From: Candidatus Collierbacteria bacterium GW2011_GWB2_45_17
Lineage (GTDB): Bacteria; Patescibacteriota; Microgenomatia; UBA1400; MFAQ01
Length of the DNA: 64,000 bases
Direction: 5' to 3'
NCBI GenBank assembly: GCA_001001485.1
Contig: LCKO01000002.1
Span: forward strand, 47,567-111,566
Shown: piece after piece, positions 48,598-58,837 of the stretch
Layout: each line of letters begins with the position of its first letter
How positions within the stretch are numbered: the stretch's first letter is position 1
Translations under genes and position numbers: made by a program
Notes under the pieces: generated by a model
Database searches by the model: none
What the model saw: only the letters and a program-made list of their open reading frames with translations
Told to the model about the DNA's origin: nothing

Positions 48598-49667
48598 GTC
48601 TCATGAAACTTAGCCATGTCAGACCCATGCGCCTTCTCGTCAAATTCCTGTCCGGAATTAAAAATCATCTTTGGTTAATATTTATTGTTTTTGCCGCTTC
48701 CATCCTTGTCGCCCTGGGTGTCGTTGGCTATGGTTATTTATTAAAATTAAATGTCCGCCCCCAAAATCTGCTTAATTTTTTTGGCACTCCAAAAGATAAT
48801 CTGGAAAGCACCGGTGGTATCACCAATTTTTTAGTTTTGGGTATTCGTGGTGAGGGGTCGGAGTCTCCCGATCTTTCGGACACCCTCATTCTGGCGTCGT
48901 ATAACCACGAAAACAATACTACTTCTCTGATCAGTATTCCTCGGGATCTCTGGGTTCCTTCTCTAAAAGCCAAAATTAATACCGCTTATTACTACGGTGA
49001 GCAAGCCAGCCCCGGAGCCGGTATCAATTTTGCCCAAGCCTCCGTTCTGGAAGATCTGGGTCAACCCATCCACTATACCGCCATCGTCAACTTTACTCTC
49101 TTTACTCAGGCTATTGATCTGGTTGGTGGTGTCGACATTGAAGTTAATCCCGGTTTTTCGGACACCCAGTTTCCCATCCCGGGTAAAGAAAAGGCCTTGC
49201 CAATTTCTTCCCGTTACGAAAAAATTTCTTTTTCAGGAGGCATAAATCACCTAGACGGCCAAACAGCTCTCAAATTTGTCCGGTCACGTCACTCGGTCGG
49301 TGATGAAGGCACCGACTTTGCTCGAACGAATCGCCAACAACAGGTAATTTATGCCCTTCGTCAAAAAATTATCAACCCAGGTTTCCTCCTCGATCAAAAA
49401 AAGGTGGACGCTCTGCTTAACATTATCGGAAAAAATCTCAAATCAAACATTGATGGGGATCTCTATCCAACACTGGCCAAACTCGCCTTGGATACTAGAG
49501 ATAAACCTATCCGCACCATCTCCCTCACCGACACCCCCGACAAAAATGGCGTCACTATTCTCGAAAATCCTCCTATATCAAAATATAACGGTGAATGGGT
49601 CCTTATTCCCAAAGATAACAACTGGAACGCTCTCAAGCAATATCTCAAAAACGCCCTCTCCCAATAG
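48594..49667 (+). CDS. LCP (LytR/CpsA/Psr) family glycopolymer transferase
   Basis: TM, NFLVLG, SDTLIL, SIPRDL, KINTAY, FVRSRH, DFARTNRQQ; exact start uncertain. Confidence 0.93.
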   Translation: MSLMKLSHVRPMRLLVKFLSGIKNHLWLIFIVFAASILVALGVVGYGYLLKLNVRPQNLLNFFGTPKDNLESTGGITNFLVLGIRGEGSESPDLSDTLILASYNHENNTTSLISIPRDLWVPSLKAKINTAYYYGEQASPGAGINFAQASVLEDLGQPIHYTAIVNFTLFTQAIDLVGGVDIEVNPGFSDTQFPIPGKEKALPISSRYEKISFSGGINHLDGQTALKFVRSRHSVGDEGTDFARTNRQQQVIYALRQKIINPGFLLDQKKVDALLNIIGKNLKSNIDGDLYPTLAKLALDTRDKPIRTISLTDTPDKNGVTILENPPISKYNGEWVLIPKDNNWNALKQYLKNALSQ

Positions 49668-49713
49668 GGCCAGGCCTTAAAGGGCACCAATCTGCAAGGC
49701 CTGGCCCTGCAGG
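49666..49713. repeat. Third (intergenic) copy of the AGGGCCAGGCCTT palindrome
   Basis: Same 13-bp stem and CAATCTGC...GCAGG as 10483 and 10681, with a different loop. Confidence 0.88.
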
Positions 49714-49727
49714 ATCGCGATGACAAA

Positions 49728-51680
49728 TTACTTTACCTTCACCAAGTAAGTCTCCCCATTTTCATAAACCATCTCACCTAATTCTTTTATCTGTTCCTCA
49801 TTCACCTCATACATTCCTCTTTCATCGGCTCCCACCAATATCCAACCGATATTATATTTTTTTAAGAGCAAGCTTCTTGCACCTTGGTCTTTCGTTTCAT
49901 AAATCGTTCTTACCTCGACCTCTCGTGCGGCCACTACCTCAAAACCACCTCGCCACAGCCACTCATGCACTCTCCAGCCCTCTATCGTCGGCACTCCCGA
50001 AAAAACCGACACCGCATTAAAATCTGTATAACTGTCTCCCACTGCCTCCACCATATTTTTTTCACCCTTATTTTTTTGTAGATACTTAATCGCCTCGTAT
50101 TTTTCCGGCATCTCTGTTTTTATCCAAGTTTCCCCGTTCAGTCCTTGGTAATTTTTAAAATTATTGTAGAAGTTTGGAAAGGACACTGTCGGGAATATCA
50201 TCGTTCCTAAAAAAATCACTCCGGCCACCGATATCCCCAGCCATCTCAATGGCCAAAGAATTTTTCTATCCGAATCAAACAGTTTTCCCCAAAGAGCTCC
50301 GGCCAGTAGCCCAATCATTATCGAAGCCTGATAAGTTAGTTTAAACATGGTATTGGCTCTCGGGTGATCCGGATAAATATCCTTGGCATAAACCAGTTCA
50401 GGAATGATTATCAAAAGAATCAGTGTCAGGGTAAGTGTCCGTATCATCACCTTCTTTTCGCTTCTTCCCTCGATCAAAACCGCCAGAAGTGAAACCGCCG
50501 CCCCTCCCGCCCAAAGGACGGCCAACTGCCACAAGGGTGACCGTTCCGTCACCATTTTGATGCCGTTTGAGATCGGCTCAAAGGTCGCGAGCCACGGCAA
50601 GGCCGCCAGTATCATGAACAGCCCCATCACTCCTGCCGATCTCATCAAACGTAAAAAGCTTTTTGGTTCCCCGATGACTATCTGTAACCCGGCCACCACC
50701 ATTAGTAATCCGTAAACCGCCACATCCCAAGTATTCGTCATCATCATCACCCCAAAGAGAATGCCCATCAAGACTTCAAACATTATTTTTCGATTCTCCA
50801 GCCAAAGTAAAAAAACCAGTATCAAAAGCAACACCGCGGGTAATCCCAAAACATGGCCATGGAGATCGGCCACCACAAAACTGTATCCGGGAAACTCGTG
50901 AATGGTGTTGTGAATAAATCTAGTGGCGTCAGCATACCAGTAATTGGCTAGACCGCGATTGGAAATAAAGTACCAAATAATCTGACTATTACCGGCGATC
51001 ACCGTAGTCATTGCCCCAATGAGTCCGGCTATCATCCCGGCCAATGGTTTCTTCGCTCCGGCCAAAAAATGCGCAATTCCAAAAGCTATTGACATCGACA
51101 GCCCGGCAATAAATCCCAGCACCAAGTTGTATCCCACCGCCGCCTCCACCATAAACAATCTGATTAAGCCACTAGCCCAGAAGTGGCCAAAAGAATAATA
51201 GTTTATCGATTTTCCGGCTTGCCACATGTCCATGGCCGGCAAAGTGGAGGAGACCAGGTATCTATTGATAAAGCCAAAGTCCATAAACTTCTCCAAGCTG
51301 TCGATGTTTGGTAAAAAACCTCTGATTAAAGTAATTCCCAGTAGTCCCACGAAGAACAAGTACTCTTCCATCACCATAATTTTTATACTTTCTTTCGTTA
51401 GTCTGTTTTCCGGTTTTTTTGTCATCCACCACCAAACATTAAACAAGGCCAGTCCGGACAAGACGGCCACCAAGCCAACATTGGTATTGACCGGCAAACC
51501 CAGGTGAGACAGTTCCCAAATAATTAGACTCGCCGCCAGTGTTGTGATCAGTCGCGAAACCGGCCAGCCTTTGTCGGTGAGTTTGCTAAAAAACGATCTG
51601 GTTACCGGCCAGCAGACTAGCTGTAGAACTAAACTTATCAGATAAACTTTCCCGATGGTGATTAAATCTGTGTATATCAT
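49728..51680 (-). CDS. DUF2298 (Chlor_Arch_YYY-like) polytopic membrane protein, probable GT-C-type
   Basis: EKFMDFGF, INYYSFGH, IHEFPGYSF, DLHGH, NTWD, NTMFK, HEWLWR. Confidence 0.85.
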   Translation of the reverse strand: MIYTDLITIGKVYLISLVLQLVCWPVTRSFFSKLTDKGWPVSRLITTLAASLIIWELSHLGLPVNTNVGLVAVLSGLALFNVWWWMTKKPENRLTKESIKIMVMEEYLFFVGLLGITLIRGFLPNIDSLEKFMDFGFINRYLVSSTLPAMDMWQAGKSINYYSFGHFWASGLIRLFMVEAAVGYNLVLGFIAGLSMSIAFGIAHFLAGAKKPLAGMIAGLIGAMTTVIAGNSQIIWYFISNRGLANYWYADATRFIHNTIHEFPGYSFVVADLHGHVLGLPAVLLLILVFLLWLENRKIMFEVLMGILFGVMMMTNTWDVAVYGLLMVVAGLQIVIGEPKSFLRLMRSAGVMGLFMILAALPWLATFEPISNGIKMVTERSPLWQLAVLWAGGAAVSLLAVLIEGRSEKKVMIRTLTLTLILLIIIPELVYAKDIYPDHPRANTMFKLTYQASIMIGLLAGALWGKLFDSDRKILWPLRWLGISVAGVIFLGTMIFPTVSFPNFYNNFKNYQGLNGETWIKTEMPEKYEAIKYLQKNKGEKNMVEAVGDSYTDFNAVSVFSGVPTIEGWRVHEWLWRGGFEVVAAREVEVRTIYETKDQGARSLLLKKYNIGWILVGADERGMYEVNEEQIKELGEMVYENGETYLVKVK

Positions 51681-51703
51681 AAAGAAGTGTATAATCCCTT
51701 CCT

Positions 51704-51780
51704 TGTCATTCCCGACCTGATCGGGAATCTATATAAATAATCCATATTTGGGATGGATCCCCGCATTCGCGAGGATGACA
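51704..51780. repeat. Inverted dimer of TGTC-tagged palindromes (REPIN-like)
   Basis: TGTCATTCCCGACCTGATCGGGAATCTA ... TGGATCCCCGCATTCGCGAGGATGACA. Confidence 0.8.
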
Positions 51781-51792
51781 AATCGTGTATTG

Positions 51793-53052
51793 TCATCTAT
51801 TTTTCATATCTTCTATAACTGCTTTTGCCACCTCATTCCCCATTTTGACCGCGTAGTTGGTTCCCCTGTCAAACGGATAAACCATACTCATATTAGCGAG
51901 GTATACTCCCGCAATCGACGTCCTCATGTCTGGAAGCCTTGAAGAGTAGTTTATCGGAAAGACCGGCTGGGCAAAAGGCTCTCGAAAGAGGTAACTGCCT
52001 TTAACTTGATTTTTCTTGAAACCATGATTTATTTTTTTTAAAAAAGGAGAATAAATTTTTAACAGCTCTTCCTTAGTCATCTCTAGCTGTTCGTCACCTT
52101 CCGGCAGATAGTTCCCGAGATACACCAGGACGTTTCCTCCATAATATTTTTTGTCAATCATGTTGGTATGTTCCACCACCACCAGAAAGGGCCATTTATC
52201 CTCCAGTATGTTTAGCCAATAACCCCGAATAAGTTTTTTAGAAAGTTCCAAAATTAACGTTTGTCCCCACAGATAATCTAATTTCGGAAAATCGATTCTC
52301 GGAACCATCTTCTTAATGATCGGCGCCGGTACAGTCATCACCACCACCTCAAACCTCTCCCCATTCACCAACATGTCATCCTGAGCGAAGTCGAAGGATC
52401 TCACTTCACTATTCACTCTCACCTTTCCCCCTTTCCTTTCTATACTCTCCACCATTTTCTCCACCAAACCACCAAACCCTCCCTCAAAATATCCCAATCT
52501 TTGTGTTCTTTTGGCCACTCGGCTCCAAAACCACGCCATGTTAACCTGCTTTACAAACGGTCCAAACTTAGCGGTTAACAATTTTTTCCAAATCGTTTCG
52601 TAACCGCCTCTGCCCAAAAGTTTCGGAAGAAAATCCACCACTTGATACTTTTCTAGAAATAAGCCATCGGGAATTATTTTTAGCACTGTCAAACCCAAAC
52701 CCATCCGAACTCTCTCCCCCAAACTTATTCCCGAAAATCTCAACAAAGACAGTGGAGAGTCTAGCTGGATTTCTTGGTTGTCAATATAACTACTGGTTAC
52801 CGGACTATTTATCTGCACTGGACAGTTCACCTTCTCGGCTAACTGGATAATCTCCTTATCGTTTGTAAAAACATGATGATAAAAGCTCTCCAAACTCCAC
52901 TTCCATTTAAAGTTTCCCAAAAACCCCGCCGCCAGCCCTCCACACTTATCACTAGCTTCGAAAATCGTCACTTGAAATCCTTGATCCACCAAACTTAGTG
53001 CACAAGCGAGACCGGTAAAACCTCCACCAATAATAGCGATCTTTTTCCTCAC
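51793..53052 (-). CDS. FAD-dependent oxidoreductase (amine oxidase/protoporphyrinogen oxidase-like)
   Basis: IIGGGFTGL, GGLA, FYHH, YPFDRGTNYA. Confidence 0.88.
   Translation of the reverse strand: MRKKIAIIGGGFTGLACALSLVDQGFQVTIFEASDKCGGLAAGFLGNFKWKWSLESFYHHVFTNDKEIIQLAEKVNCPVQINSPVTSSYIDNQEIQLDSPLSLLRFSGISLGERVRMGLGLTVLKIIPDGLFLEKYQVVDFLPKLLGRGGYETIWKKLLTAKFGPFVKQVNMAWFWSRVAKRTQRLGYFEGGFGGLVEKMVESIERKGGKVRVNSEVRSFDFAQDDMLVNGERFEVVVMTVPAPIIKKMVPRIDFPKLDYLWGQTLILELSKKLIRGYWLNILEDKWPFLVVVEHTNMIDKKYYGGNVLVYLGNYLPEGDEQLEMTKEELLKIYSPFLKKINHGFKKNQVKGSYLFREPFAQPVFPINYSSRLPDMRTSIAGVYLANMSMVYPFDRGTNYAVKMGNEVAKAVIEDMKNR
52374..52409 (+). repeat. TGTC-tagged palindrome in frame in the oxidoreductase
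   Basis: TGTCATCCTGAGCGAAGTCGAAGGATCTCACTTCAC; same family as 14406; encodes VRSFDFAQDD. Confidence 0.8.
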
Positions 53053-53055
53053 CTC

Positions 53056-54609
53056 TTACAAGGCTAACAGTATTCCAATGATAGCGAGCATCAGACCACC
53101 TCCAAAAGCGGCCACTCCCGGGAAGTCCAGAATGCCGGCTTCGGGAAGCGCTGTGGGTTCAACTGCGGCCACCGGTCTCTCGGTGGGTAGAGGAGCTTCG
53201 GTCACCACCACCTCACCGACCACTCTGGTTGGTGCCGGTGTTCTGATCGAAGTCGGTCTTGCTGCCATCGGTGCGGAACAAGTATCAGATCCCAAATTTG
53301 TAGCCAGTCTACACTTACTTGATCCGGTGTCACAAACCAATCCAGTATTGCACTCCGAATCTCCGGTGCAGGTATGGTCGCATCCTACCACCGTACTAAT
53401 AGTTAGTTCGTTTGCGGCATTGATGTCCGTTCCAACCGCATTTACTATCGCCACATTTTTTATAATGTCACCGTTGACCGCGCCACCAGCCACCTTCACC
53501 TTGAAAGCGTATACCCCCTTCTCGCCGGCTTTTACCGTCAGTCCGTCGCACTTCACTCTCCGGTCGGAAGCTGAATAAGTACAGCCACTCTTGGCGTCTA
53601 CAAAGGTTAGTTGGTCTTGCTTTTCCCCGTTAAGAGTATCGGTGATGTTTACATCGGTAACATCGACCTCTCCAAAGTTTTCTATGGTTATAGCGTAGAT
53701 AAAGGTTTGGTTTTTGGCCACAGTGTCAATTTCCGTCGTGTAGGCGTAGGTTCCACCGACATATTTATAAGCCTTTTTAGTCACCTCAAGATCATCGGTA
53801 CAAGCCGTTGTGGCAGCGCAAATGTCAGTCGCCACTCTTCCACACGCATTACTACATAAAACCAAGTCTTTTGTTGCCTCTTTAAACTTGTCTAGGTTGT
53901 ACCAGACTTGCGCCTTGTTTTCTATTTTTTTACCGACTACTGCATCATCACTTGCCTTCACCCTAAAAGCAAAGACTTTCTCTTGTCCCGGGTTCAGCTT
54001 GATATCGTCACAAATTACAGTTCCCATGGTATCGGTATTCTGAACATATCTACAAGCTGAGGTGGTGTCTAAGAATGTCAAGAAATTAACATCCTTCTCG
54101 ACGGAGTCTTTGATATAAACACCTTTGGTAACTGCCACCGAGGTAGTATTCTTCAAATATATGGCGTACACGATTGTTTGCCCCGGAGTTGCGGAGCTAA
54201 TTTCAGTTTTTAGATCATATGATCCTGCTTTGTTTGTGCTCTCATTTTTAAAAGCTTTCTTTACAATGGTGATGTCTGCACAAGCCGAAGTTGCCGGACA
54301 GGCTTTGGTCGTCGCTATTCCGCAGGAGTTTTTACATGTCGAAATCGTCGAAGCCGCAGTTCCGCACGCCGTCGGACAGTCCGGATTGCAAGTAATTACG
54401 TCGGAAGCGACACACAAACTGGTGGCGGTCACAGTACACGCCGCCGACCCAACCCATTTGACCTCAGCCGCCTGCGGCTCGCTTTCCGGTGCTGTAGGGG
54501 CTATCGCCTGTTCTTGACTTACCTTGGATGAGATAAATATCGTCGCCACCCCAATCAGTAATATGACTAGAATTAAGAAAATCGATAGTATGGCTTTGTT
54601 TTTTTTCAT
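53056..54609 (-). CDS. Cys-rich surface protein with two DUF11-like repeats and LPxAG-TM C-terminus
   Basis: N-terminal TM + APTAPES; two ~120-aa K.A...Y.I...N...D repeats; LPEAG plus hydrophobic tail. Confidence 0.8.
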   Translation of the reverse strand: MKKNKAILSIFLILVILLIGVATIFISSKVSQEQAIAPTAPESEPQAAEVKWVGSAACTVTATSLCVASDVITCNPDCPTACGTAASTISTCKNSCGIATTKACPATSACADITIVKKAFKNESTNKAGSYDLKTEISSATPGQTIVYAIYLKNTTSVAVTKGVYIKDSVEKDVNFLTFLDTTSACRYVQNTDTMGTVICDDIKLNPGQEKVFAFRVKASDDAVVGKKIENKAQVWYNLDKFKEATKDLVLCSNACGRVATDICAATTACTDDLEVTKKAYKYVGGTYAYTTEIDTVAKNQTFIYAITIENFGEVDVTDVNITDTLNGEKQDQLTFVDAKSGCTYSASDRRVKCDGLTVKAGEKGVYAFKVKVAGGAVNGDIIKNVAIVNAVGTDINAANELTISTVVGCDHTCTGDSECNTGLVCDTGSSKCRLATNLGSDTCSAPMAARPTSIRTPAPTRVVGEVVVTEAPLPTERPVAAVEPTALPEAGILDFPGVAAFGGGLMLAIIGILLAL

Positions 54610-54614
54610 TTTGT

Positions 54615-56207
54615 CTATGGTTCGGTTGTAACCTGTCCCTCAAACTTATAACTACCCGATTTCTTAATTTCGTAGTCGCTATACCACATTGTTTTCTTAT
54701 CGGCTCCTGAATATCCTTGGCCCAGTTTCCACACGGGAGTTTCCACTACACCGTCTATAAAAACTCTAAATCTAGCTTTCAAGTTTGCTTTGTTACCGGT
54801 GATGGCAATTCGAATCTTGTCACCAACGTGTAATTTGGCTCTCTGAGCCGCGGTCATTGGGGTCGTTTGATATCCCTCCGCCAGACAAGTCACTCCACCC
54901 GGAGTACCCGGTTGACAAATTTTGGCATACAAGGCCACTTCCATACACGCTCCAACTCCCGGTGTCGGAGTAAGTGTCGGTGTTATTGCTGTTGTTGTAA
55001 AAGACACTGTTGGTGCTTCCTGATCACACCCAGATTGTTTCCACATTATCAGTCTCCAATAGTATTTTGTGTTTGGCTTCATCCCCGTTACCTTATAAGT
55101 ACTCGGAACCGCCTTAAGGTAATAATCGGTGTTTTCATTTGCCACACACACAGCATCAGTCTTTCGAGACGGAAGTCTGCCACAATCGTCAGTTGGGTTT
55201 CCTTTTGGATTGGAACTTACCCATAATTTTATATAATTACCACCGGTTCCCGGTGTCCACGAAAGAGTCGCACTCGTTCCGGTAATATTGGTAATTTTTA
55301 GACCTTTTGGTGGGGTTATTTTACAAGCTCCTCCACCACACTTCTTCATATCGGTCGTCCAGGCTCCTCCGGCCGAGGGACAGCAGTATGGCTTATTTCC
55401 ACAGCTCTCCACTCTCCCGGCCGTATCACAATTACTATCTCTGCTAGATCCATCATCTTCAGGTGGAGTACAGCTTCTCAGCACCCCATCACTACCCGGA
55501 CACTGCTCCTTACAAGATCCTCCACCAGGCTTCTTCGTCGGCTTTGTCGTCGGCACGACGGTGGGGCAGGATTGTTTAGGACATATCATGGTACCATCGG
55601 CACAAACTTTCGTCTTCTCGCAGGCAGCCGTCGTCGGCGTAGTACCACATTCCGAATCTGAAGAACACTCTCCCACTGATAATCTATCACCGGTACAACG
55701 AACACATTTATTACTAGAACAATATTCACACTTACCTCCTTCAGTCGGCGTCTTCGTCGGTGTTATCGGCGGCTTCGTCGGTATTGTGGGCGAAACGCAA
55801 GCATCGCCTTCGTCCACCCATGATCCATTTTCACAAGTTTGCCGCCGATTATTACTACACCTAGTCGCGCCATCAAAACATTTCCATGCCAGGGGTTCGC
55901 TTTCCGGCGCGGTCGGGGCCACTGCCTGCCTGCCCGAAATCCTATTTGACACAAAATAAGCCGCCGTGGCCACTCCGACGACTAGAATAATCGCGGCGAT
56001 ACCACCCAGTATCTGAGGCATTTTACTTTTTGGTTTTGACCCTGGCCATTCGGGTTCCGGGGGAGCACTCGGGGCTGGTGGAGCTGTTACGGGCAAAGGT
56101 TGAATCGGGGCGATGGGTGGAACAACAGGGTTTAGTCCCTCTGGCATTGGAGGAGTCAATGGAAGAACCACCGGAGTTACGGGCGCTAAATTATTTTGAT
56201 CGTCCAT
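54615..56207 (-). CDS. Cys/Pro/Thr-rich surface protein with a fibronectin type III domain
   Basis: TM + APTAPES; SATLSWTP...VTGMKPNTKYYWR. Confidence 0.8.
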   Translation of the reverse strand: MDDQNNLAPVTPVVLPLTPPMPEGLNPVVPPIAPIQPLPVTAPPAPSAPPEPEWPGSKPKSKMPQILGGIAAIILVVGVATAAYFVSNRISGRQAVAPTAPESEPLAWKCFDGATRCSNNRRQTCENGSWVDEGDACVSPTIPTKPPITPTKTPTEGGKCEYCSSNKCVRCTGDRLSVGECSSDSECGTTPTTAACEKTKVCADGTMICPKQSCPTVVPTTKPTKKPGGGSCKEQCPGSDGVLRSCTPPEDDGSSRDSNCDTAGRVESCGNKPYCCPSAGGAWTTDMKKCGGGACKITPPKGLKITNITGTSATLSWTPGTGGNYIKLWVSSNPKGNPTDDCGRLPSRKTDAVCVANENTDYYLKAVPSTYKVTGMKPNTKYYWRLIMWKQSGCDQEAPTVSFTTTAITPTLTPTPGVGACMEVALYAKICQPGTPGGVTCLAEGYQTTPMTAAQRAKLHVGDKIRIAITGNKANLKARFRVFIDGVVETPVWKLGQGYSGADKKTMWYSDYEIKKSGSYKFEGQVTTEP

Positions 56208-56266
56208 CTGTATTTAACTATACTATTTGTTTAATCACTGTCAACAAGCAGTCCTTTTTGTAGTTG

Positions 56267-57445
56267 TCAGGTGATAGATCCTCCCCAAAAATAATCTTCA
56301 AACCGTGGTGATGGATGACGAGACACCAGTCTGAAATCTTTAATACCCGCAGTGGCTGACAGTCGAGATAAAGTTGCCAAATCACCATCTGTAGGAGTCT
56401 CTTTAGCTTCTATGGCTATTTTTCCATCTAAGACGAAGTCTATTTCATTTCCACTCTTCAAAGCATAGTACTGTATAGATCCATGTTTTGACAGTTGATT
56501 GTAGAGCGTGTTTTCAAACTGCGATCCACTGGAAATATCAGTCAGTGTATTGGCAAGTCCTGTATCACAGAAATATAATTTTCTCGACTTGACGATTTCT
56601 CTACTTGAATTTTTAGTAAAAACAGGCACTGTATGGATGAGATAAGTTTTTTCGAAAAAAGTGATGTAATTGGTTACGGTCGGTCTGGATATCCCCGTTA
56701 GCTTAGAGATGGTGTTGTACTCTGTTCGGCTTCCCACTCTGTTGGCTAATAATTTGGCCAGTGAAAAGAGGTTCCTTTCGTCGGAAAAATCTGCCAACGA
56801 GCGAATGTCTATATTTATATACGAAGACATGATGTCGAGTAGGATATCTTTCTTGGTTTCTTCCGACTCTGCTAGAACAACCTGGGGAAAGCCTCCAAAA
56901 CGGATGAATTCTTCGTAATAAGATGTCAGCCGATTGTATTCATTTTTATCAAACGTTTTCTCTCTCCAGGCGGTATTAGCGTGGTTTATGCCTTTGAATG
57001 TCAAAAACTCTCCGAAGTCCAAAGGAAACAGTTCGAATACTTTTTTCCTTCCGGCCAGAGATTCTGTAAATAGATTTTTTAGATAATAAGAACTAGACCC
57101 TGTGACTATGAACTTAATTTTTTTGTGGTCAGAAAGATATTTAATGACACCAGGACTATCTGGTGCCAGCTGGATCTCATCTAGGGCAACCACCATGTCT
57201 TGATCCTTGGATAGTCCTCTTTTGACAAAAGCCTCGTAAATTCCATCGTAATTTTTTTGATGGAAGAGCTCTCTATTATCTGGACGTTGAAGGTCAAGGT
57301 ATAAAGAATTTCTATTTGGGATATCCTCCAAGAGTTGAATGACCAGGGTGGTTTTTCCGGTTCGCCTCATCCCTGTAAGGACCGTTACCAAAGGGGATCG
57401 GGTATGAGATAAAAGGTCTTGATATATTTTACGTTTGTATACCAT
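56267..57445 (-). CDS. AAA_14 ATPase with DUF4143 domain
   Basis: GMRRTGKTT, LDEIQ, TGSSS, LAGR, GGFP, KLYFCDTGL, EIDFV. Confidence 0.92.
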   Translation of the reverse strand: MVYKRKIYQDLLSHTRSPLVTVLTGMRRTGKTTLVIQLLEDIPNRNSLYLDLQRPDNRELFHQKNYDGIYEAFVKRGLSKDQDMVVALDEIQLAPDSPGVIKYLSDHKKIKFIVTGSSSYYLKNLFTESLAGRKKVFELFPLDFGEFLTFKGINHANTAWREKTFDKNEYNRLTSYYEEFIRFGGFPQVVLAESEETKKDILLDIMSSYINIDIRSLADFSDERNLFSLAKLLANRVGSRTEYNTISKLTGISRPTVTNYITFFEKTYLIHTVPVFTKNSSREIVKSRKLYFCDTGLANTLTDISSGSQFENTLYNQLSKHGSIQYYALKSGNEIDFVLDGKIAIEAKETPTDGDLATLSRLSATAGIKDFRLVSRHPSPRFEDYFWGGSIT

Positions 57446-57492
57446 ATGTTAACCATACTTTACAAAAAGTATCACTATTTGTCAAGTTCTGT

Positions 57493-58836
57493 CTAGTCTC
57501 GGTTTTCACCCAGCCTCTTTTTAGTCACCTTTCCGAAAACCAGCAGACCAATACCTAGCATTGCCAGTATCAAAGAAGTCATCAAACCACCGGCATCCTC
57601 CAATTCTTCGGAAGTCGTTGGTGGCATGGTGGTTGCTGACGTGGGTGTGGGGGTTAGGGATATGGTTGCCGATGGAGTAGCCGTGAAGGCGGGCAGTCCA
57701 CTGCCGGCCAGGACGGTAAATGTTCTGGTAATTGTTTGCAGTTTGTTGGCCCCATCGGTAAACTCGGCCGTTAACACATGACCGCCCTGACCGAGTTTTT
57801 GTGGCGGTGTCCAAGTCCAGTTGCCATCGATATTCGCCGTTACCACTTGAGTCAATTGATTCGGAGTATCCACGGTTAGTTTCACCGTCGATCCGGTCGG
57901 AGCCTTACCTCTAAACTCCGGCAAGTCCGTCGCAATGATTTCTCCGTTTACGGCCGGATTTAAGATTTTTACCGCACTGGTTGCTTCCAACTGTTCCGAT
58001 AAAGACAGTTGAGCCTCTACCAGCTGAAAACCGGCCCCTGTAACCGATCCGGAATCGGAGACGACGAGACCGGAAACGAGGGAACCGGCCTCGATAAAGC
58101 TCTGATTTTTCCCTAAAATGATGTCCGGCACCGGCGAGCGCTTGCTGGTATCCGTGATGGCTGTAGCCGTACCGGCGCTACCAGCCTGGACAAAGATAGA
58201 GAGCAAGGTGGTTTGGGGATCATAGGTCAAGACCTTACCGCTTTTGTCGCGCGCGTTGGCCAGGTTAAGTCTCCAAGTTCCATCTGTTTTCGTCATCGTC
58301 GCCAAAGATTCACCTCCTTCGGCTTCCACGAATACGATTGCCCCGTTCACCGCCTCACCACTGGCACCGACCACTTTACCAAAAATCACCTCTTCCGGAG
58401 GAGAAATTACCTGAGCCGGTGTTCTTACTTGAAATGGTTTGCTGTTGTCGTTATAACTTGCCGATCCGGACACGATTAAAAAGTAATAAGTTTTATTCGC
58501 TCCCAAACCGGTCACGTTTACCAAATGGTTGGTGTAACCCTGTGATGTTCCGGAAATTTGGTCTCGTACATCTCCCGCCGGAGTATTAATTTTCGCCGGA
58601 TCTTCGGAATACTTTATTAGTCCGGTCAGTGGCACATCGGTCGTCCAACTGGCGCTAAAGGTTGTCGAACCCAAGTTGGAAACCTTCACATTTTTCGGAC
58701 TTTCGGTTGGACCGGCCTTGGTTCCCAAACCCTGTCTCATATTTACCAAAATTACGCCGGCCACCAAGCCTCCGATAAGTATCAAGATACCCAATAAAGT
58801 CGGAATTCGTTTGTTCATTAATCCTGATTTTGCCAT
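57493..58836 (-). CDS. Surface protein with FN3-like and Ig-like domains and C-terminal TM
   Basis: N-terminal TM, PKNVKVSN..SASWTT..HLVNVTGL..NKTYYF, P.FRG..GNWTWTPP, LEDAG-TM-KKR. Confidence 0.8.
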   Translation of the reverse strand: MAKSGLMNKRIPTLLGILILIGGLVAGVILVNMRQGLGTKAGPTESPKNVKVSNLGSTTFSASWTTDVPLTGLIKYSEDPAKINTPAGDVRDQISGTSQGYTNHLVNVTGLGANKTYYFLIVSGSASYNDNSKPFQVRTPAQVISPPEEVIFGKVVGASGEAVNGAIVFVEAEGGESLATMTKTDGTWRLNLANARDKSGKVLTYDPQTTLLSIFVQAGSAGTATAITDTSKRSPVPDIILGKNQSFIEAGSLVSGLVVSDSGSVTGAGFQLVEAQLSLSEQLEATSAVKILNPAVNGEIIATDLPEFRGKAPTGSTVKLTVDTPNQLTQVVTANIDGNWTWTPPQKLGQGGHVLTAEFTDGANKLQTITRTFTVLAGSGLPAFTATPSATISLTPTPTSATTMPPTTSEELEDAGGLMTSLILAMLGIGLLVFGKVTKKRLGENRD

Positions 58837-58837
58837 A

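Noticed and set aside
55288-55959. Long antisense ORFs (also 3623..4228, 44756..45346, 27828..28337, 53078..53578)
   Set aside because: Shadows of well-supported genes on the opposite strand, with no motifs of their own
57455-57472. ATACTTT-acaa-AAAGTAT inverted repeat upstream of the AAA_14 gene
   Set aside because: Could be an operator over the -10 box, but a 7-bp AT-rich palindrome is expected by chance
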